A stretch of 64,000 nucleotides of DNA. It comes from a virus (taxonomy: Duplodnaviria > Caudoviricetes). Positions 58,814-64,000 of this stretch are shown here, piece after piece. The stretch is taken from IMG/VR virus record IMGVR_UViG_3300028886_000057, positions 32,001-96,000 of that record; one strand, given 5' to 3'. The notes beneath the pieces were generated by a model, which ran no database searches, was not told the origin of the DNA, and saw only the letters and a list, made by a program, of their open reading frames with translations. Made by a program: the position numbers and the translations under genes. How positions within the stretch are numbered: position 1 is the stretch's first letter; every line of letters begins with the position of its first letter.

Positions 58814-59698
58814 CTAAGCAACTTTCTTGCAGAACTCGGTTTCGTCGGGCCGCTGGTTAGTGACATAAATATGCCATGAAACTGCATACGAATCAAGCCA
58901 AATATTTTGGTCTCTATATTGGTCGATAAAAGCCTGTATCTGTTTTTCTCTCTCTTCCCAGCCCTCACAGTCTCCGATATAAATATGATCGGGTTCAGTG
59001 GTTGGCGAATATACAACGAACTCGTAGCGTGGCGACCAGCATTCACCTCGATCAAAGAGAAACACTTCTTCGCCTTCATCAAGACTCTCCCGCAATGTTT
59101 CGAGCACAAGTCGTTGATTAAGTTGGATGAGTTCTGCGTTAGCTTTCTTCTCTAATGCAGTATCCGCCACCCATTTATCAAAGACCTCTTTCGCTTCTTC
59201 GCGAGTATGGTATTCATGGTTATAGTCCCAATAGCAATAGTCGCGGCAGAAAGCGAGATAAGGCTCATCACGGATAAATGTTAAGTCTTGCTCAACGTGA
59301 ATATCGAGGTCGCTTTCTTCATGGACATAACAGGTCTGTCCAATTACTGATGCTGAGGGTTTGAATTTATCAATCGTCTCTTCATATTGGGCAAAGAAGT
59401 CGCCAGTTACATAATTTTGTTCAGTCTCCTTCGGCTCGTTCCACCAAATACCGAATTTCCAGCCAGGACATTCTTGTACATGGAAATGCAAGACACTATT
59501 CGAGCCAGATCCAAAAATATAGTAACCGTCTAGATATTCAATGTCGGTGGCATGGAAGCCGCTCTCGGCCATTTTCTGCACTATGGTATCCGAGGCATGT
59601 TTCCATAGTTCGGCATAGCCTTTCTTGTCCTGTTCATCCACTTGCTGTTGAATTATATCGTGGATGCCTTGTAAAATTTCTTTAAATGTTTTACCCAT
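58814..59698 (-). CDS. hypothetical protein
   Basis: Acidic and aromatic-rich; start MGKTF overlaps the upstream stop. Confidence 0.7.
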   Translation of the reverse strand: MGKTFKEILQGIHDIIQQQVDEQDKKGYAELWKHASDTIVQKMAESGFHATDIEYLDGYYIFGSGSNSVLHFHVQECPGWKFGIWWNEPKETEQNYVTGDFFAQYEETIDKFKPSASVIGQTCYVHEESDLDIHVEQDLTFIRDEPYLAFCRDYCYWDYNHEYHTREEAKEVFDKWVADTALEKKANAELIQLNQRLVLETLRESLDEGEEVFLFDRGECWSPRYEFVVYSPTTEPDHIYIGDCEGWEEREKQIQAFIDQYRDQNIWLDSYAVSWHIYVTNQRPDETEFCKKVA

Positions 59699-60380
59699 TG
59701 TGTTTTTCCTTTCGTGCAATAGCGTTGTCAATAGTAATACGATGAATGTCGACAATATCTTTGAGCAAGCCGTCCTTCACAATTGATGCAATAGAAACTG
59801 GTGTATAGTTAATATGCTCTGCGCAAAGGTTAAGGTGGCGGCTGCCAGTGAACCAGTTACTGTGGTCATGACCGTGAATGTTGAAGAGCCATTCCGGGAG
59901 GTTAGGAATCGGCTCGTGTGAGAGAATAATTTTAGGGCTAATCATCAAAGCGCCCTCGTAAACTTCATCGAAGAGGTGGTTGTCTTCAATATTGAACATC
60001 TTTTTGTATTCCGGATGTTCTTCGAAATGTTTTTTCCAAACATCGGTATAAGGTGCTGAGTGAAAGGTATTATACACAAATGGACCATTAACTGTTGCAA
60101 CTCTCTTATAATTAGAGGCGCCAGAATCATGATTGCCCATGATAAGTACTTTATAGCCATGGAGCTTGCGCACCCATTCAACGTCGCCAACATCGCCCAA
60201 GATAACGAGGGTGTCATTACGGCCGACTTTGCTGTTAATGCGCTTCACCTGCTCGGCGTCGCTAATGTAATCTTTGCGGATATGCTCCATTTCGGGATCG
60301 CCAAAATGCGGGTCGCTATAGAACCAAATAGTGCCACCGCGATACCAGCGCGCAAATGAATCATATAAATGTTTTTCCAT
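59691..60380 (-). CDS. calcineurin-like metallophosphoesterase
   Basis: SDPHFG, ILGDVG, MGNHD, LSHEP, IHGHDH. Confidence 0.9.
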   Translation of the reverse strand: MEKHLYDSFARWYRGGTIWFYSDPHFGDPEMEHIRKDYISDAEQVKRINSKVGRNDTLVILGDVGDVEWVRKLHGYKVLIMGNHDSGASNYKRVATVNGPFVYNTFHSAPYTDVWKKHFEEHPEYKKMFNIEDNHLFDEVYEGALMISPKIILSHEPIPNLPEWLFNIHGHDHSNWFTGSRHLNLCAEHINYTPVSIASIVKDGLLKDIVDIHRITIDNAIARKEKHNG

Positions 60381-60443
60381 ATTCTTTTCCCTTACACTAT
60401 AATTATACGCCCTTGAGCGGGCGCAGACAATAAAAAACGGCCT

Positions 60444-60647
60444 TTAGGCCGCAATTTCGATAGGAGGCCATGACGGGTCGTCCGGATCGTCGTTTTTGTC
60501 TTCCATCGTCACTTCGATAACTACATCGGTAGCGCCTTCGGTAAGACGACGACGTGCTACGCCATTCGCAATAGTAAACGAACGCGCGCAATCGGACGCA
60601 CGACGACGGCCTTCTGCCGTAGTGTACATAACACGATAACGAAACAT
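60444..60647 (-). CDS. hypothetical protein
   Basis: MFRYRVMY...; AAGGAGG RBS just after tRNA-Leu. Confidence 0.6.
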   Translation of the reverse strand: MFRYRVMYTTAEGRRRASDCARSFTIANGVARRRLTEGATDVVIEVTMEDKNDDPDDPSWPPIEIAA

Positions 60648-60666
60648 AGCAATTCCTCCTTTTATA

Positions 60667-60748
60667 TGGTCGGGGCGGAGGGATTCGAACCCACACGCTT
60701 TCGCACGTGCTTCTAAGGCACGCGTGTCTACCATTCCACCACGCCCCG
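60667..60748 (-). tRNA. tRNA-Leu(UAG)
   Basis: Acceptor CGGGGCG/CGCCCCG-ACCA; anticodon arm CGTGC-CTTAGAA-GCACG; long variable arm; GGTTCGAATCC. Confidence 0.95.
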
Positions 60749-60752
60749 AAAT

Positions 60753-61217
60753 TTAGTCGCTCCAGCTCTGAACGTGCTCAGCGACGTAAGTAAATAATTC
60801 AGTTAATTTGTCCTGCGGGAACTCAAAACCGTTCTTTTCCATATAGGCCATGCACTCAGTAACTAACTGCCATGCATAATTAACCTGCTCACGAATGGGC
60901 GCCGCGTAATCTTCCGTTGCCCAAACATTATAGCCAGCGTTCCAATACTCGTGGCAGCGCTCAACGAGATCAAACAGTACTTTTGGGAGAGCGTAGAAAG
61001 CACCATAAGGATGTGCGTTCTTGAGGTCTTTCCGAGCTTGCGCATACCAGCGTTTGTGCTGGTAGTAGTAAACTTTGCGCGCATAGCGATTATGCCGTTT
61101 CCAAAGGCGGTTGCTGACCTTACGAGGGTCATGCGCCAACTCAGCCATTTCAGCTAGTTTTCTATAGCGTTCAACGAGCCGCATCCAGCGACCCACACGA
61201 TACTTTGCGAATAACAT
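60753..61217 (-). CDS. hypothetical protein
   Basis: 154 aa, coupled to the upstream ORF. Confidence 0.65.
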   Translation of the reverse strand: MLFAKYRVGRWMRLVERYRKLAEMAELAHDPRKVSNRLWKRHNRYARKVYYYQHKRWYAQARKDLKNAHPYGAFYALPKVLFDLVERCHEYWNAGYNVWATEDYAAPIREQVNYAWQLVTECMAYMEKNGFEFPQDKLTELFTYVAEHVQSWSD

Positions 61218-61576
61218 TAGTTGTTCTCCTTTTCGATAATGGCTTTAAGTTGGACCTCCAGGTCGCGCATAATGGCCGCCCATTCGGCCACTTTCATTTT
61301 GTGGCAAAGCGGCAAATAGCGGAGCCATTCGCTAGCAACCATGAGTTCGTAGTCGCTGCGCTCTTCATCCAGCATCATAGCTAGGGCCGCTGCGGTCAGC
61401 TCGTCAAGGCTATAGTCATGAGGGCCACTCATTTCGCTCATAGCTTCATCATAGCCTTCCCAACAGTCTACTCCATAACGCTCCAGATAACGAAAACGCG
61501 TCGCATTCCGAACCAAATCGAGGAACTCTGGAATAGTAAGAGTAACAGTACCGTCCACAATATTGTAGCTTTTCAT
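61217..61576 (-). CDS. hypothetical protein
   Basis: LERYGVDCWEGYDEA motif; AAGGAG RBS. Confidence 0.7.
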   Translation of the reverse strand: MKSYNIVDGTVTLTIPEFLDLVRNATRFRYLERYGVDCWEGYDEAMSEMSGPHDYSLDELTAAALAMMLDEERSDYELMVASEWLRYLPLCHKMKVAEWAAIMRDLEVQLKAIIEKENN

Positions 61577-61585
61577 AAATCTCCT

Positions 61586-61945
61586 TTACCAAGTTGGGTT
61601 TTGATAGTCGTCCGGGTCGCGGCTCCAAGGCGGCAACCTATATTTACGGCGCACTTCACGTAAGCGCGGCAGGTCGTATGTCTGCTCCAAGTTCAGTAAA
61701 CCGGCTCGGTTCGCAATTTCTTCTCTATTGCGCGGCTGAAACCAATGTATTTGCCAACCTTCAGGGAACATTTCATCCAGGAACGCCGTGAAGTCTTGGG
61801 CAGCGTCTTGCAAGGCCCATCGTCGGCTACTGCACCACATACGCCAGAGAATGGAGTAGGTGCCGTTATGCGGCCAAAGCGCCACATAGTACTGGGCTTC
61901 GATCGGATGGGTAGTGGTTGGGCAGAGCAATAAGTCAGTTTTCAT
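61586..61945 (-). CDS. hypothetical protein
   Basis: Co-oriented ORF; start uncertain. Confidence 0.5.
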   Translation of the reverse strand: MKTDLLLCPTTTHPIEAQYYVALWPHNGTYSILWRMWCSSRRWALQDAAQDFTAFLDEMFPEGWQIHWFQPRNREEIANRAGLLNLEQTYDLPRLREVRRKYRLPPWSRDPDDYQNPTW

Positions 61946-61977
61946 AAAAGAAAGGGGTGGCCTGCGCCACCCCAGAC

Positions 61978-63051
61978 TCATTTAGTCGGTTCGACGGGCG
62001 CAGCTGCGGTCGGGTTGGCGAAGTTGAAGTTGAAGCCGCCGTTCATGAGGAGCATGAGCTTCATGATGTTGTCGCTGTCGCCGCCCTTGTCAAGCAACAT
62101 GAGAGGAAGCAGGTTGGCCATGTTGTTGCCGCCATTGCCATTGGTATTGGCAATGTTGCCAAGCATATTGCGGACAACGGAATAGAACGTCATGCCGAAG
62201 CAAGAAACAGGAACATATTCAGCCTTCAAGCCAGTCGTAAGGCTGATGAAGGATTCGCCGTCGTAATAAGCGGCGCCGCTATTAAAGACAACGATGTCGC
62301 CTTTCTTAATAGAGGTGGTCGGCATGATGAAGAGGAAGTCGCCAGCATCAAGTTCGAAGCCTGCGGTTTCGACTAGAGATTTGCCGTTGAAGGAATGTCC
62401 TTTATAGGTGATGGCGCCATCAAAGAGCGAAATGCCAAAGCCAGGGCCAGCTTTGCCACAGTGGATGTTTTTCAAGAGGGTGTTCGACAGATTCAGATTC
62501 ATTGTATTGTTCTCCTTTTTTGGTTCTGAAGTGATTGGTACAGGGCCCGAAATTGTTCGGTCAAGGTAGTTTTGAAATGCGTAACCACTATCCTCAGCCT
62601 GTGCGAGGATGCCAGCGTCCGTTAAGATCGACACTAGCTCGGTTTCGACATTATCGTCGGTCAAGATAGCGTGGCGTAGAGTGTCAAACAATTTGTCAAT
62701 TGAAACAGTAAATACAGGACCGTTGCCTAACTGATAGTCGTTCTCTGTTTCTTCGGAAGACGTCAAGATAGCATAAAGGTAATTGTTTTGAATACCTGCA
62801 AGAACTACCTCGGCTTCGCCTGTTTCAACATAGTTTGTATAGAGACGACGGAACTCGTCGCCGCCCACTACTAACCAGCCGTATGGACTATTGAAATAGG
62901 CGCCATCGGTCAGTGTGTAGTAGCGCTGTCCTCTAACAGTGAAAGACATGCCGCGACCGCCCGTTTTAGCTAATGATAGGACGTCGTCGCCATCAACCGG
63001 TTCGGTAAAGGTGTTATACAATTTAACTGCAAGCAGTTTACCGGTAGTCAT
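61978..63051 (-). CDS. hypothetical protein with a probable internal start at 62502
   Basis: 357 aa; AAGGAG RBS at both starts; Met/Asn/Gly-rich C-terminus. Confidence 0.7.
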   Translation of the reverse strand: MTTGKLLAVKLYNTFTEPVDGDDVLSLAKTGGRGMSFTVRGQRYYTLTDGAYFNSPYGWLVVGGDEFRRLYTNYVETGEAEVVLAGIQNNYLYAILTSSEETENDYQLGNGPVFTVSIDKLFDTLRHAILTDDNVETELVSILTDAGILAQAEDSGYAFQNYLDRTISGPVPITSEPKKENNTMNLNLSNTLLKNIHCGKAGPGFGISLFDGAITYKGHSFNGKSLVETAGFELDAGDFLFIMPTTSIKKGDIVVFNSGAAYYDGESFISLTTGLKAEYVPVSCFGMTFYSVVRNMLGNIANTNGNGGNNMANLLPLMLLDKGGDSDNIMKLMLLMNGGFNFNFANPTAAAPVEPTK

Positions 63052-63140
63052 AGTTTTTATTTTCTCCTTTCCTTTTCTATAAATATTATAGACTTTTTAC
63101 TGCGTTTTGTCTACCTATTTTTAGGTAGAATAGGAAAAGA

Positions 63141-63404
63141 TTAGTCCTCGATTTGATCGAGTGTAAGCCCATTAAAGGCAACATGACCGGTTTCCATGAG
63201 TTCGTTATTAAGGCGCGGCAAAACCATTTCACAGCGATGGTTAAATTCGCCAAGCCACTCGTCCGTAATCAGGGTGTTGCCCCACATATCGGTGTACCAG
63301 CGGTACGGGAAGCGGTCGTAATACCATTTGCTAATGAGGGCTTTAAGACCCTGTTCTTTGGTTTCAAATTTGAGTTTGGTATTGCCGACAGTTAATTGAT
63401 ACAT
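63141..63404 (-). CDS. hypothetical protein
   Basis: 87 aa downstream of tRNA-Leu(CAA). Confidence 0.6.
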   Translation of the reverse strand: MYQLTVGNTKLKFETKEQGLKALISKWYYDRFPYRWYTDMWGNTLITDEWLGEFNHRCEMVLPRLNNELMETGHVAFNGLTLDQIED

Positions 63405-63425
63405 TAGTTTTTTCCTTTCTATGAA

Positions 63426-63509
63426 TGGTGCTTATGGAGGGATTCGAACCCACAGTGCCGAAGCAACGCATTTTGAGTGCGTCGCGTCTACCAGTTGCGC
63501 CACATAAGC
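63426..63509 (-). tRNA. tRNA-Leu(CAA)
   Basis: Acceptor GCTTATG/CATAAGC-ACCA; anticodon arm ACGCA-CTCAAAA-TGCGT; long variable arm. Confidence 0.95.
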
Positions 63510-63510
63510 A

Positions 63511-63720
63511 TTATAAGTATGGGATGAGGCCGCACTCGAAAGTGACGGCAATGATGGTAAGAAGAATTATACAGCCCAAGAATACCGCCCACTTCATATC
63601 AAGCGGGGAACGGTGATGCCTGCGCCAATAAATGGTGAATGGGATGAGGATACATAAGGCGAGAAGATAGATGATGACTATGGCGATCATGGCGGTGACT
63701 GCAGCGTCGTGTAATTTCAT
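63511..63720 (-). CDS. small two-TM membrane protein between tRNAs
   Basis: 69 aa; two hydrophobic helices with a basic loop. Confidence 0.55.
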   Translation of the reverse strand: MKLHDAAVTAMIAIVIIYLLALCILIPFTIYWRRHHRSPLDMKWAVFLGCIILLTIIAVTFECGLIPYL

Positions 63721-63722
63721 AA

Positions 63723-63798
63723 TGGCACCCCGGAGAGGACTCGAACCCCCATTGAACGCTTTAGAAGAGCGTTGTGTTTTCCATTACACCACCGGGGT
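63723..63798 (-). tRNA. tRNA-Arg(UCU)
   Basis: Acceptor ACCCCGG/CCGGGGT-GCCA; anticodon arm ACGCT-CTTCTAA-AGCGT. Confidence 0.9.
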
Positions 63799-63800
63799 AA

Positions 63801-63876
63801 TGGCGGCCCGACTAGGAGTTGAACCTAGAACATCCATTTTAGGAGAATGGCACTCTTTCCATTGAGCTATCGAGCC
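63801..63876 (-). tRNA. tRNA-Arg(CCU)
   Basis: Acceptor GGCTCGA/TCGGGCC-GCCA; anticodon arm CCATT-CTCCTAA-AATGG. Confidence 0.92.
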
Positions 63877-63877
63877 G

Positions 63878-63954
63878 TGGCCTCCCGTGTAGGACTCGAA
63901 CCCACAACCTACTGGTTCGAAGCCAGTCGCTCTGTCCAGTTGCGCTAACGAGAG
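63878..63954 (-). tRNA. tRNA-Arg(UCG)
   Basis: Acceptor CTCTCGT/ACGGGAG-GCCA; anticodon arm ACTGG-CTTCGAA-CCAGT. Confidence 0.92.
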
Positions 63955-64000
63955 ATTAGCCGTCTACGCCACATAGAACAATAAATGGAACGTCGGCATC

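Noticed and set aside
63723-63798. Amber suppressor tRNA (CUA) and stop-codon recoding
   Set aside because: The 5-bp stem puts TCT at the centre of the CTTCTAA loop (Arg); genes are intact in code 11 and TAG is used as a stop
1-64000. CRISPR array, rRNA, integrase/att site, IS element
   Set aside because: No regularly spaced non-coding repeats or corresponding genes were seen

Overview
64-kb segment of a large dsDNA phage genome, probably infecting an anaerobic Bacillota-type gut host (inferred from AGGAG RBSs, sigma70-like promoters and a class III RNR). It uses the standard genetic code and is almost entirely on the minus strand. Order from left to right: (1) replication block with DnaE (runs off the left end), RecJ, primase, DnaB, an annealing protein, SSB and GyrA/GyrB; (2) nucleotide and accessory block with a GT2-TPR glycosyltransferase, uracil/xanthine permease, nucleoside deoxyribosyltransferase, ligase, dUTPase, an FTR-like protein, NrdG, NrdD, a glutaredoxin and a lipase; (3) Ser/Thr-rich fibre-like genes, PhoH, a short UvrD, an exonuclease and holin-like genes; (4) a plus-strand block at 42.4-51.9 kb with two tail-fibre/receptor-binding cassettes; (5) an RpoD-like sigma factor, Hsp20, two metallophosphoesterases, many small ORFs and five tRNAs. 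Main observations: gyrB is split inside its EG|DSA motif by a 1019-nt group I intron whose splice sites and core can be read directly and which carries a GIY-YIG gene. A second promoter class (TTG-initial -35, 18-bp spacer, TATACT-like -10) precedes fibre, lysis and endonuclease genes and may be read by the phage sigma. NrdD is flanked by a candidate redox chain. A compact structured RNA candidate sits in the fibre locus. The hsp20 transcript has complementary ends, and one ORF fills the gap between two tRNAs exactly. All calls come from reading motifs by eye; no database searches were run.
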